The notes: generated from the letters alone by a model not told the origin. A stretch of DNA of 63,180 nt, filler included, from Reticulomyxa filosa (GCA_000512085.1; 15 parts of 15 records of this genome joined end to end with filler, not necessarily neighbours in it); one strand, 5' to 3'; positions 11,587-25,049 are shown, counted from the whole stretch's first letter. Numbers and translations are program-made.

Positions 11587-13728
11587 ATGTTTGCAGAATT
11601 GCGAGTATCTGAAGAATTACTGAAAGTAAAGCGTAAGTTAAGCATGGAAATGAATACTGCTGAATTAGAAAAATTATGGGTTTCATTCCCTAATAGCCCT
11701 ACAAAATCGGGCAGTGGGCAGATGGACAAAAAATTAAAAGAAAGGAAGTTGCGCTGATTATTGCATTTTTTTATATTCTCAAAGGCTATACGACTTTTCT
11801 TCATTTAGAAAATACTCATTCGCAACAAAATATCGTTTTTTCTATATTTTGTAACAGTACCGGATGGGTTTTCAGACAAACTCCATCGATAACAGACTGT
11901 TATAAAATTGGACAAGTTTTGGGAAATCCAGGCCAATATGGTCTCGTTAGAGAGGCCACTGACAAAAGTACAAAAGAGAAATGGGCCGTGAAAATAGTAT
12001 CAAAACGCAGATTCCAAGACAAGAAATTAACAGCTTCTTTTTTTGAGGTTTGAGCTCCCTGTCTCAGACTTTAACTTGGTGTCGAGTTTCAAAAACATTT
12101 TTAACTGTCATCAAAAATAATCGAAAGAAGTTTGTTCCATCATGCAAATGTGACAGGACTTACGAGCTGAGGCCTATTTAATGGCAATGGCTTCAGGCCA
12201 TCCATTCATTATTGAACTAAAGCATGTATTTGAAGATATTAACAATTTGTATTTTGTAATGTCACGTTGCTGTGGTGGTGAACTGTTTGATCGCATCCAA
12301 GTTGATGAAAGTTTTAGTGAACGAAAAGCAGCTTATTACATGAGACAAATGATGTCGGCTGTATATTACATCCACTCGTTAGGCATTGTCCATTGTGACC
12401 TAAAACCTGAAAATTTTTTGCTGCGTTCACGTGGAAAGGACTCAAAATTGGCATTGATTGATTTTGGTATGGCCAAAATTGTTAATTGGAGAACATATTA
12501 TAAGAGAATGTTAGTTTATAAATAAACGTCATAGTTTTGAAATTTCACTTTTTAAATGTTTTGGACAAAGTCTTTTTAAGATTATATAATAAGTTGCCTT
12601 TGTCAATCTTAAAAAAGAGAAGGGTTAATTGTTATGAAAAATGTCCTTTATGATATACATGAATCATGAAAATACACTTGTGATAACCTAGGAATGGAAC
12701 ACCTTACTATATCGCACCCGAAGTGTTAAATGGAAGGTATAACGAATCTTGCGACCTTTGGTCGTTGGGTGTGATAATGTTCATAATGGTGTTTGGTTTT
12801 CCCCCTTTTTTCGATGAAAACGAGCAAACGAACAGCCGAGAACAATCGGACCAAGTGATTTACAGCAAGATAAAGAAAGGCTTTAATCCAAAAATAATGA
12901 ACGGGTACGGTTCTTGGTTTCCTGCCAGCCATGTGGTAAGTGCATCATGCCGTGACCTGATTAGTCGCCTGTTGCGAACCAGCGTGGCAGATCGCATTAC
13001 AGCAGAAGAGGCTTTGGAACATCCGTGGATGAAAGAAGGAACAGTGTTGCCGGCCGACCCTCTGCAACGCAGTGCCGCACCCACAGTCATTAAGTCAATG
13101 CTCACATTCCGAAGAAATGGAGGTTTGCAAGCCGAAATTTTGGGGCTTCTTAAAGAGTGCAATTATCTCAATCCTTCTCAAATTGATGAAGTTATTATTA
13201 TAAACATATATGTATATGCATACATATATATGTATATATATATATTTTTTTTTTTAACATGTTGGATTTTTGTAATAAAAAAAAAAAAATGTTTAGGTGA
13301 CGGAGTTCTTTAAAGCGGCAGACACAGATGCCAATGGACTAATATCGAGGGAAGAATTACACAAGGCATTGCAGAAGGTCGATCCCCATATTAGCGACAG
13401 CGATGTCGACAGCATCTTTCGTTCGATGGACGCAAATAATGATGGGTTTGTCGACTATGACGAAATGCTTACCTCTCGGGTCAATCGTAAGTTACAATCG
13501 AAAGAAGAACGCCTTCGAAAGGTATTTCAGGCGATAGACTTAGATGACAATGGCAAAATCTCACAAGAAGAGCTAAAAGCAACTTTGGAAAGCGCCACTG
13601 CCAATGTTAACATCAGCGACACCAGAATCAAAGAGTTGATCGAGGAGGCCGACAAAAATCACGATGGCGAAATTGATTTTGAAGAGTTTTTGGCTCTTTT
13701 TCGTGAAAATGCCATTTCTGACACATAA
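11587..13728 (+). CDS. CDPK: Calcium-dependent protein kinase (kinase + junction + 4 EF-hands), 5 exons
   Basis: LGNPGQYG, WAVKIV, HCDLKPEN, DFG, GTPYYIAPEVL, DLWSLGV; EF-hands DTDANGLISREE, DANNDGFVDYDE, DLDDNGKISQEE, DKNHDGEIDFEE. Four GT-AG introns keep the frame. Start codon inferred. Confidence 0.93.
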
Positions 13729-14328
13729 TACTTTGTACTCACTTTTAACTTGCTTTTCTAAATTTTATGTCTTTTGTAGAATATAACATTGTTTCAAAAA
13801 AAAAAAAAAAAAACCATTTTGATAACATCAGTTTTAATTTGATATTTATCCCTTTTCCTTATTTCTTTTTTTTCTGTTTCTCTTCCCAATGTTTTCAAAA
13901 AATTCTAACCAAAGTCTTTGTAACAATTAAACAAATATCCGCGTCCATGTAAATGCAAATGTCTGCTACAAATAAACCATAAGCATATGTATGTTTATAA
14001 ATACGCAGTGATTCGTTTTTCATTTTTTTTTAGCTTAAAGAAAAATTTGCTCAATTAATTTACATTTTAACTGCATACTTTGTGATTGTACTTTTAAAAT
14101 TAAAAGTCTACTATGACAGTCACTCAGTTAATCATTCTTTTTATTATTTCATTTTAAAGCAGATGGTCTTATTCTGAAGTAAGTGCAACAGACAATAATT
14201 ATACCTTAGTATAAAATAAAATTGTTGGGCATTCCCCACATTGTGCGCAAGGACGAAACGTATTTTTTTCAGGAGCAGAGACAGAACAGTGAAGGGGAAC
14301 CTCTTTAGCACGTCAAAGATTATTGAAA

Positions 14329-14902
14329 ATGCCTCGCCGTCATGCGGTTAATGCAGCAAACAACAGTGATCACAATGAGTTTGTCAACACAAAAAACGCG
14401 TTTTCAGTTGGGGCAAGTGGATCAGCGGATGATAATGCTTCAACAACAAACACAAGCTTGAAGTCCTCAAGCAAATCGCCTGACGATTGCGGTTCATTAC
14501 AGCAACAATTGCAACTGGTGCTATCCCCTGGAATAGAGGATATCAAAAATATGTAAAAAAAGATTTGTATTGATTGGCTATGTTGTATTTGATAGTGTTT
14601 GTTTTGATTACAATAAAGAAAACAAAACAAAACAATGAAAGGACAAAGTGTGGGTGTGAAGCATTCGCAAGATTTCACAGTGATCACAACTGCCAGTCAT
14701 TGCGAGACATAATACAGATAATGTTACATGGCAATGTAGATTTCACAACAATGGCATGTCAAAATGACAGCAATTGCACTAATGAGACATGGTTGGTGTG
14801 TTTGCACTGTATTTATTGGTGTTGTCGTGATCACTTCCACATTCATTGCAGTCATTCAGTTGATAAAATCATTGTTTGGCATTGGATTTGCAACATTTGC
14901 AG
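14329..14902 (+). CDS. ZnF-UBP-containing protein, 5' part (possibly a USP22/Ubp8-type deubiquitinase)
   Basis: ACQNDSNC...WLVCLHC..WCC.DHFHIH; adding one A to the run at 14865-14868 continues as NHCLALDLQHLQ|GT, the H.LAxD part of ZnF-UBP. No catalytic domain in this contig. Confidence 0.6.
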
Positions 14903-14959
14903 GTATTCAATGAGTTGTATGTAGTATGTTACTATCGTTCATAGTAACATATGACATAT

Positions 14960-15008
14960 ATGTATGTATATGTATACATATACATACATATATATATATA
15001 TATATATA
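14960..15008. repeat. (TATG/TACA/TA)n microsatellite at contig end
   Basis: Seen directly. Confidence 0.9.
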
Positions 15009-15108
15009 NNNNNNNNNNNNNNNNNNNNNNNNNNNNNNNNNNNNNNNNNNNNTTAATTAATTAANNNNNNNNNNNNNNNNNNNNNNNNNNNNNNNNNNNN
15101 NNNNNNNN
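15009..15108. other. Artificial contig-joining spacer
   Basis: N44-TTAATTAATTAA-N44. Confidence 0.99.
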
Positions 15109-16456
15109 AAATTGATAAAACAAAAAAGTTTATAACTATTGTCATTTTTCACTTTTTTCAGAAAGAAGAAGTTTTGATCTAGCAATGTTTGTTATCCGTA
15201 CATGATAACAATACTTTTTTGAGCCATAGCTCCAAATAAAATACAAATTAAAATATCAAAATTTCAATCAATTTCTTTTTACTCTTATTAATTTTTTTTT
15301 CTTTCACTTAGTTTCTCTTTTTATTTTCACTTATAAATAATCTCCTTTTTTTTTTTCTCTTTGTTTTTTTCTTTTTCTGTCACATTTTTTTTACAATACT
15401 TTTTTTCACTACCTTATTAATTACCTTTTTCTACTCACCATTGTTAAAAAAATAACATGCTTTGCATTATCTTTGTCGCAATTGCTGATCTAATTCAATT
15501 ATGTAGTAAAAATACCCACAACACTTTTTTTTAGTGATTGTGATAAAACATATAAAAATATATATATTTCTTTGCGATAGTGAATGCATATTGTATCAAT
15601 CACAGGGATCACATTGTATGACAAAATGATTATCATATTAAATAAAAACATACAAACCTTTGTTTTTTCTTTCATATACAGTGTCAAGTTCAATATCAGT
15701 TTTTTTGTTTTTTTTAGAATATACATAAAATGGAACACTTTGTGGTGTATGTTGAACATATAACAGATTATTATTTTTAAAAAAAGAAAAAAGATATGCT
15801 AAACATTATTTACTCTTTTCGTAGACATAGTGACCTTCTACACATTAGTTTCTTTTCCATTACATCTGACGTCATATTTTAAACAATACAGACATTAACA
15901 TAATTATGTCACATTTTTTTAAATATTATTTTATTAAAAAATCCAACAAAAACAAATTATATCATATACTTATTTATATATACTTCTTCTAAAAGTTATT
16001 AACGTATATCACAAAAGAAAAAATTTGCGTCGTATGTAATGTAACGACTTTATGTTTGTATGCAGTATCATGACACATATTTTGATTTGAGGATCAGTGC
16101 TTGCTCAGAATTACAGCGTCTCAACACTGTAAAGTGCTTTTTGTTTAGACATTTGATGTACTTCCAATATTGTCAAATTGCCAAAGATAACATTGTTTTC
16201 GCTGGTAAGCCAGCAACCAGCATCACAACTTCTTTGGTATAGACTCTTGCACATACTGCACATTTTCCCAGCAACGTATTGGCGTCGCCCGCCGTTGTAA
16301 TATTTTGTTTGTTTTAAGATAAGTGTTTTAGGAAAAAATAGATAATATTGAGAAACTAAAAAAAAAAATGACTCTTTTTTTTTTTTTTAATTACTCACGC
16401 CAATAAGTCAACAATACACTTTTGCAAAAAAAAACCAAAAAAAAAAACTATTCATT

Positions 16457-17363
16457 TTACAACTTGCTTCGTGTGTATGTGTCCAGAATCTCCGAATATA
16501 AATGGGGTTTGCGATTGACCAAGTAGTCATTGCGTTGAATGGAGCTACGATAGCTGTCTTTCGATGGATCAATATCCGCATAAATGAGTCCATCCAATTT
16601 TGCATCGCAATGATTCAAAATGGATCCATCTGGAGCAATTACTATAGATTCACCACCAAATTGTTTTTGCACCACATTGTTATTTGGAAAATTGCAATAA
16701 ATCACATGGCAATGGTTTTCAAGTGCACGTGTTTGCAGTAATGACCACATGTGTTTCATCGAGACACACGCTGCAATAGAAATTATCATTTGCGCTCCTT
16801 GCACTGCCAAAATTCGACTCGGTTCTGGAAACTCGACATCAAAACATACCAACAATCCAATTTTTATTTCATTCTATTTTTTATTTGTAATTTTTTATTT
16901 ATTATTATTTGCAAAAAAAAAAAAAAAAGACTAAAACGTTGAAAGGAGTGATATGATATGCATTGCTGGAAGAAATAAATACAGATTTTTCAGATTCTCC
17001 CCATAAATGAGTTTTATGATATACGTCCGCTAATTTGCCTGTTTTATCGATCCAAATGATTGAGTTGTACGCTTTTGTTTGCCCCTTCTCTCCAATCGGC
17101 AAACCCGTCACTATCGCGATACCGTTTTCTTTGGCAATTTTTTTCACTTTATCTATCGTCTCGTTCGTGTCATTGACCAGTGGTTGCGCTAATGAGGCGA
17201 TCACGGACAGTGGCTCAACGTCATAGCCTGTCAAGAACAACTCCGGAGTTATTAACATATCTGCCGAATTTGACGCTGCCTCTTTCGCATAACGCGCCAA
17301 TTTCGCCACATTTTCATCTATCTTTCCTGGGATCGCGCTTATTTGTGCAACGGCAACTTTCAT
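16457..17363 (-). CDS. Carbon-nitrogen hydrolase (nitrilase superfamily, R-amidase-like), 2 exons
   Basis: MKVAVAQ; catalytic triad TPELFLTGY (E), YHKTHLWG (K), GLLVCFDVEFPE (C); GGESIVIAPDG; RKPHLY. One intron at about 16874-16935. Confidence 0.92.
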
Positions 17364-17933
17364 TCTGGTAAATATTTTTTTTTAAAGGAAAATTCTGTTC
17401 AAGACGTTTGGAACACAAAATAAAAGTGTAAGATATTCAGAACGTAACAAATTACATTTTTTGTACTTTTACCAATATCTGCTATTCTTATTTTGACATC
17501 TAACTGACAACTTATTTAAGAAAAAAAAATTAATTTGAACATATAATGGAATAAAACAATTGAAAATAGATTTTATTAGCACAGATGTGATCTCACAGTA
17601 ACAAAAAGTAAGTGAATTGTTGTTTTTTGATTAAGTCACTGAATTACAATTAATGAACTTTCCTCCAAGTTTGCAACAAGACTAATTAGATCAATGGAAT
17701 AAAAAAAAAGAGGATTTGTTTTGCACAAACAGGACAAATACATTGTAGATTGATTATTTTTATTGTGAAACATTTTTTTTCTCCTCCTCCCTTTCCATTG
17801 TCTCTTCTCTAACACACCAACACTCACACCATTTGGTGCATCAAGAAATTTTATGGCAATACAACAAAATAGGCAAGGTAAAAAACGGATCCAACACAAA
17901 CACGCAAACATAAAAGAAAAAACAAAAATTTCT

Positions 17934-19219
17934 TTACAACCCATTTGAAAAAGAGTCATCAAGTAGACTTGGCCATGATGACGATGCGTCTTGAAGACCT
18001 TCATGATCATTGGCCAAACCAAAACTACTAGGACCATTGTCATCTATTGTGAGACGTTTGTTCGAAAGTACATTATAAAAAAAAACATTCGTTTTCGAAA
18101 AAACTCGTTTTTGTGTTTTTTTTATTTTTGTAAATGTCAAAAAGCAACACCAAAGAAAAAAACACACCTAAAAAGTCATTTCCAAAGGAATCATGGAAAC
18201 AATGAGTGTTACTATTGCCATTGCTACTCTGTTGAGGGAAGCCCAAAAACTCATTCTCCCCAAACCAATCAGGCCCACCACTCATGCTACTGTGAAGCCC
18301 AAAGTGGTTCATGTTGTTGTTATTATTGTTATGACTATCGCCATCGACCAGAGGCGAGCCAAAAACGGAAAAATGATCACTGTTGCTACCCCACGTGTTG
18401 TGTGACTTTGCCGTGGTGGAAGGGGAAGCTGTGCTTGTCATGGTAATCATGGTCCTGGTGGCCGTGACCTCTTCCGAATCCACTTGCATTTGCATTCCGT
18501 TGATTTTTTGCTCCTCACACAATTGCGTGTCCACTCTCTCATCCAAAGGTGCCAATTCCTCTTCCGTTGGACGTGTGCAGGGATGAAAATGGCCGATATT
18601 CATTGCACCGCTCGTGTTTTTTGCTACCCCCTGTGGCAGTTGTTGATACTGCGATGACACTGCCATCGTCATCAGGGACGTATCCTTCTGAACTGGCTGA
18701 ACGTCTGCCATTGAATGCGACGTTTCCATTCGACGAGTCCGTTGGTCCACACGTTTTGTGTTGGAATGAGACACATTCGACTGCTTTATGCCATTGTCAT
18801 CTGAATCGGAATCCATACACAAATCGATCACCTGTCCTCTCTTCTTTTTTATTTTAAAAAAAAAAAAAAATTTAAAAGTATTTGATCATGATATTTACGT
18901 AAATTTTTTTTTAAAGTAGCTTTTATTTACTTTCAGTGTTCTTTTTTTTTAAAAATAAAATTACAAATTTTAAAACCCTCCCTCCCCTCCCTCTTCAATT
19001 AACCAAACCAAACTTTGGAAACTCGATTCGCCGGAGACAACTCAACCAAATTCCAGTAACGTTCCCTCGAATCAGCTATCGCTTTCGCCATATCTGGTGA
19101 ATGACGATGATGCAACCATACGTGCCAACGAAGATCATCCAATGATGTCAACTCTTTGGTACATTGGCAGATGAAGCACTTGAACCCTGGAACTCTCCCA
19201 CTGTTTGGATTATCGCAAC
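17934..19219 (-). CDS. 3' part of a zinc-finger protein with a SUMO-interacting-like motif and disordered tail
   Basis: Exon 1 has C-x4-C-x3-L-x5-L-x2-H-x3-H (CFICQCTKELTSLDDLRWHVWLH). It splices in phase 0 to VIDLCMDSDSDD and a long S/N/Q-rich exon. 3' end uncertain. Confidence 0.6.
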
Positions 19220-19265
19220 CTAGATAAAACGATGTAATTATCAAATAAATTTCCTTTGGTTTTTT

Positions 19266-19365
19266 NNNNNNNNNNNNNNNNNNNNNNNNNNNNNNNNNNN
19301 NNNNNNNNNTTAATTAATTAANNNNNNNNNNNNNNNNNNNNNNNNNNNNNNNNNNNNNNNNNNNN
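19266..19365. other. Artificial contig-joining spacer
   Basis: N44-TTAATTAATTAA-N44. Confidence 0.99.
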
Positions 19366-22153
19366 TTTGATCAAAAAAATGGATACTCACAGTAATGCTA
19401 TTATTTATCCAATCTCCATCATTTATGTTTTTGCTTATGCTCTTTTGAGTTATTTATTTTGTTATGCTATGAATGCATGTCTTGCAAATTCAAATTTCTA
19501 AATAAAAAGTGCTTGAATAAAATCAATAAGTTACATCAAATGCATTTTATGAAATGTTAAACATTGTACATGATCAAATACTTTTTAATCTTTTGAAAAT
19601 TTCACTTGAATATTATTTGCGATGGGTTTTCTTTTTGCAATCAATAATATTCTTTACAGATTTCACTGTGCGTTTTTTTTTTTTGTATGAAATGTGGAAA
19701 TATTCGTATCGTGTTTATCTCTTCAATATAGTTTCAATTGATGAAATTTGAAAAATATTTGAGACAATTGAAGAGTGCAGTCTAGTAAATGTGTGCTGAG
19801 AACAGACTTCATTTTAATTGTTAGTTTTGTGATAATTAGATGGATACGATTTTGTATGGACGTATCTGTTTGATTGTGGTGAGTTAAAACTCACTCCTTA
19901 GTACTACTTACTTTCCTCTTTATTTACTTGTTTCTTTACTTGCGTTGTTATTATTCTTTTTAATTAACTTTTCTTTTACTGCAATTACTCTCTTGGAACT
20001 AAGTTCCTTTCGTATTACACTTAATCTTCTCACAAGTTCCACAATAATTTACTTTTTATAAGATTTTCAGAATTTGGATTATACTAATTTTTTATCATTG
20101 CGTTCTTCATATCTAATTTTTTGTAAACAATGTTTCACACTTACAAAATACTTGATTCAACATTTTCATCACATTTGGTTTGTCAAAATTGTATCAATAG
20201 TATGTTTAAAGAGTGGAGTAATTGTGTTACAATTGCACTCAATCCATTTTCAAAAGACAGATTATTCAAATTATTTATTCAATTATTTTGCTTGAATTTA
20301 AGAGAAGCCACAATGTTGGATATAGAACTCGCTTGGATGGTGTCATTTATGAATGGTTTCGTAATCAAGAATGCAAAAATTTTGTATTTAATAAAACGAA
20401 TTACAATACTATCATTAATGAAAAAAAGAATAGCAATCAAAATATAATGAATGCTCATAAAAATACACTTTTCAAATATGGTTCATAATGCAAAGATAGA
20501 TCATATTAAACAAAACAATATGATAAATCCAGTTTAAATAAGTGCTAAATTTCAATGCATACTAAAAGTAAAAAAAACTAGGTCATTGAATACTTTCTAT
20601 TCATTTCATATAATACATGGATACAAGCACTGTCGTTTTACGAACATTGTTTATACTCTGTTAATTCATGAACGTTGGATCTTCTCGTGCAACTGGATAT
20701 GCATTTAACAATGGAAACGTCTAATATCTCTTTCTTTCCAAATCATTGATTATCAACACTCAGACATTATCACGAGCAGGAACAATTTGGCATCATAACG
20801 GAAATGAATGTCAGTGACTCCATGGCATGCATACACACCATGCCCATTGTTGAAGAGTTTGTGTCAATTCCATCCTTGAAATAACTTCCTCTTTAATGCA
20901 TACATAATATTGTCACTTAACAAACAACTCGATGTATGCACAAATGTTGTTTTTTTTACACATACAGAGCGGACTGAGACGTGAGTATGTTCGAGTGGAT
21001 CGATTCGTTTGGCAAACAACCTCTTCATTTCCTAGCTGTGCACATATGGATTCAATATCTTCGATCCACTCATTGTGGCTCAGCTGCACCTTGCACTCAC
21101 TTCGTCGATTAAATCGACAAACGCATTTACAAGTGCTTAGAGGTATGAAATATGGAGTATTTTTCACATGTTCAACGGCTACGAAACACTTGTTCTTAAT
21201 TTTGTTTAAAATCACTGTGATCCTATTTTTTTCATTAATCTTTTTTTTTTTTGATTGGGAGATTATTTTTTTTGTCTGCTAGCCTTTTATACGAGCAAGT
21301 TGTGACTAATTTGAAAAGAAATTTGAAGTAAGGAAAACACCAACTTTTTTTCAAATGTACACGAAACAAAGACAACAAATTTCATTTTCCTAATTGGTTC
21401 GGCATTTCTTCAAATCGTTTGTCACAAATTTTTTTTGTTTTCATCTTAAAATGGCTTTATTGCTCATTTGATGTCATTTCGTTTGATTATGTCCGGTACT
21501 AGTGAAGAGGGGACAAACGTAAGAGAAAAGATTAGGTGAAGAACTTTGCTTATTTCGTGACAGCATGAAAGTGACGTTGGTGTTGATGGCCTTGCATGTA
21601 TTAAATACATTCTTAGTGTTATCAAGTATAACTAATGTGATATTCAATCCAATCAAGGACGTGACGAACAGACAAACACACTCGAATTGTCACAACATGT
21701 TTGCAACATTATGGAATAATTACTATCTCAACAACGTGCAGGCATCGAAGACGTGGAAATGTTTGTACTGTGCACAAATCTACACATTGATAATCTTATC
21801 AAATTTGCACATTTTCAACAAGCGGTCGATGGTATTAGAAAACGAAAGTGTACGTTGTCCAACAAGCAAGCTGCTGATTAATACAAAAATATCCAAGAAG
21901 AATTTATGCATCAAAATACCGTACATGAATATGCCACAATTAACTTTGATTATCTCGGCGACTTTTTGCAAATTGATATTTAAATCATTGTCACACAGGT
22001 AAATAATAGTGGTAGAAAAATCAAATTAAAAAAAATATATTTTTTGAAAAAAAAGGTTGGTTATTTATAGCAGAGATAGTAATGAGGAGAAAAGGTTACA
22101 TATATGATAGATTTGATTTTTAAAAAATTAAAATAAAACAAAACAGCATAGTA

Positions 22154-22830
22154 TTGGCAGATAGCGAAGTTGAAGTGGTGCCAAGAACGCCGTCAAATAA
22201 AAAATGCGTGTTGTGCCAACAATCAGAATCGATTATGATTGAATGTGTTATTTGCAATCAACTATTCTCTGTGCAACGTCGTCTTGTATACATAACTAAA
22301 TGTTCAATAGCGATGGCAATTTGCTTTTCCACAGTCTCAATATCCAATGCAATTTCAAATATGTGCACCCACAACTTTGCCGACAATTCTGCAATGTTAA
22401 GTTTTTTTTTTTTAAAAAATATAAAAACAAACAAACAAAAATTGTATAGACCAAACGACAGCACACAAAAAAATTATTGCGATGATGCGATCATTTGTAA
22501 GTGTACGTGGGCAACGATGCTGACTTTAATACATTACACTACCGGCTGCGATCGCTGGTACAAAGTGCGATTCAAGTCAGCTGTCATCGCCCAATTGCTA
22601 GGCTTATACCTTTTAACTGATTGAAGTGCTATTGGTGCAAATGGAATGATTGGTGCATAACGCATCTGACAAATAAGTCAGACGTGATGCCCATCATCTT
22701 TTTCCAAGAAGCTCTCCTTCAGCAAAGGCTTGGCCTTCAATTGAACTTACACATGTAATGCAATCTTTGCACACATTGGAAAAATCGATTTATGTTGCAA
22801 GCGCCATTATATCAACACATTGCAATAACT
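22154..22830 (+). pseudogene. Decayed Cys-rich gene, probably an RBR (RING-IBR-RING) E3 ligase relic
   Basis: KKCVLCQ...IECVICNQ, LNIQCNFKYVHPQLCRQFC, TTGCDRWY, TCNAIF scattered over several frames with many stops. Confidence 0.35.
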
Positions 22831-23261
22831 GCTCTAATCATTGTAACTCTATTCTAAATATTGCAACTAATCTTCCAAACATTGTCTCATATCGCATAAA
22901 TTTATCATGATAATAACATTCAGTTGATGATATATTATAAATACAAATATTTCCAATGCTCTATCCAACGGCGACGGTGTCATGTAACATACCAAAGTTA
23001 ATTTTGTTTGTTTTTTTGTTGTTATAATAATATCAAATTTTTTTTGTTGTGATTTGTATATAAACATATGTAGGAGAATGTGGCCAAATTGTTGACTTGG
23101 AGTGATCATAGAATAAATGGCAATCACTGTTGGCGCTGCATTGCAAAAATCGAATCATATAATATAGGTCTATTCTTTTGTTTTTGTCTAACTTAATATA
23201 TATATATTGTGTGTTTGTTTATTTAAAATAGGCACTCAAATATGATAAGAAAAAAATATAT

Positions 23262-23435
23262 GGGGTAGAAACCACCCCCGTCTCCGAAAGGAGAACAATA
23301 GGTTTGTCTTATTAATTTTTTTTTATAGATATATTTAAGTGTGTGTTTTGTATTATAGGTTCCTCCATCTCCACACAAAAAAATAAAAAATGAAAAGAAA
23401 ACAGGGGTTGAAATCCACTCCGTCTCCGAAAGGAG
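23262..23435. repeat. 32-nt GC-rich direct repeat, two copies (23262-23293 and 23404-23435)
   Basis: GGGGTAGAAACCACCCCCGTCTCCGAAAGGAG vs GGGGTTGAAATCCACTCCGTCTCCGAAAGGAG, 27/32 identical. Confidence 0.85.
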
Positions 23436-24259
23436 TAAAAAAAGTATGTTTATATGTATATTTATATATACTTTTATCAATAATGTGGTTGTGTTTGTGA
23501 AGAAATAGGAAATTCCCCCAAAGAAAAAAAAATATGCATCCATCTTTGTTTTTGCCCCTCACTTAAAAAACAAAATGTGACTTGTGTGTGTATCAAATAC
23601 CAAAAAATTTTTTGCTGTGTATTTGATTGAAAGAGATTTTGTGGAATAGTATGAAAAAAAAGAATAATTATGATAAAAAAAATGGATGAATAAAAAAAAA
23701 ATCGAATAATAAAGAAAAAAAAGTTGGTATAAAAAAGAAAAAAGGAAAAAAGAAAAGTAAAATAGAAAAAGAAAATAGAAAAAAAAAAGAATATTTTATA
23801 ATAAAAAAAATATGTGAAATAATGAAAGAAAAAAATGAAAAAAAGATTGCAATTGTATTTTTTTTAAAATTATTTCATGGATAGCAGCAGTTAAGTTTGT
23901 CCTTTTTTCATTTGTATTTGAAACAAATCTTAAAGCATACTTACATTATAGAATTATATCGTGTTTTGGCTGAGTAGGCAGCAGATGATATTTACACTGT
24001 TAGCCTCATGAGCCCCTCAAATAATATTGCCGCGCAGATTGACCATATTTTATATTTAATTGTTCGTGGTATCACAAATTGAAGAGGATGGAATTGATGT
24101 TGACATGGCTTCCAATTTGTTAATTCCATTGAATGGCTGCCAAGGATAATATAGATAGTGTGTTCTTTTTGAATTTTTATCATATTTTAAGTTGTAATAT
24201 ATCTTACTCAAACATGTGAGCATGGGTCTTTTCATTGTAGAATGATTTATTTTAGATTT

Positions 24260-24505
24260 GAGATAAGAGAAAGAGAAGATCAAGAAGAAAAACAAAAAGA
24301 AAAAGAATAAGAAGAAAGACATGAAGGAAAAAATAAGAAGAGCAAGAACAAGAAAAAAAACAAGACGAGAAGAAGAAAGAAAGAAAAGGAAGAAGAAAGA
24401 ATGAAGAACAAGAACAAAATGAATAAGAACAAAATGAATAAGAAGAAAGAGAATAAGAATAAGAAGAAAAAGAAAAATGGTATGAATGAAAGAAAAAAAA
24501 AAATT
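24260..24505. repeat. Purine-rich (AAG/AAGAAT) low-complexity tract
   Basis: Seen directly; accounts for the F/L-rich minus-strand ORF 24056-24619. Confidence 0.85.
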
Positions 24506-25049
24506 GACGAATAGTATTAGTAACGTATGACCAATGTCAAGAAAATAACAAATGGCAATGAACCGTGCAAGAAGTATACTTATTAAGAGAAGAAAGGATG
24601 AATGCAAGAAAAGAGTCAATACAACAAATCACTAAAAGATATTAACATATATTTATCAAGACTATAAGTGATTGTTGACGAATTTATGAAAATGACAAAT
24701 GACAGCGAATTATTATGTGCTTACAAGCTTCCATTCAAGTCACTCCAAAGCAACAATGCACATAATAGGCTAAACATTAACATCTTCCTTTACATGTATT
24801 TGTGATTACGTTATTTGTGATCCTCCCCTCAACAACCAAAGATGCATCAAAGCAGTTCCAAGATACAATTGATATCGATTTATTGAAAAATATTAAAATC
24901 GTAGTATACTACCGTCAAGTGGGATTGGCAGGAAATGATTCGAATACTTTCGAAAGAAGATTGAAGTTAAGAGTAATTGGTTATTTGTGCCTTTCTTTCT
25001 AAATAATTTTCATTAATTTGTTTGTTATTGCTTTTGTTTTCACAACAAC

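Noticed and set aside
16060-16320. GC-richer block downstream of the nitrilase
   Set aside because: No long open frame or recognisable motif; possibly a decayed relic, but I cannot support a call.
23262-23435. CRISPR array
   Set aside because: Only two copies, a 110-nt low-complexity gap, no cas genes, and a eukaryotic context.
24056-24619. 187-aa hydrophobic 'membrane protein' ORF
   Set aside because: It is the antisense reading of an AAG-rich low-complexity tract.
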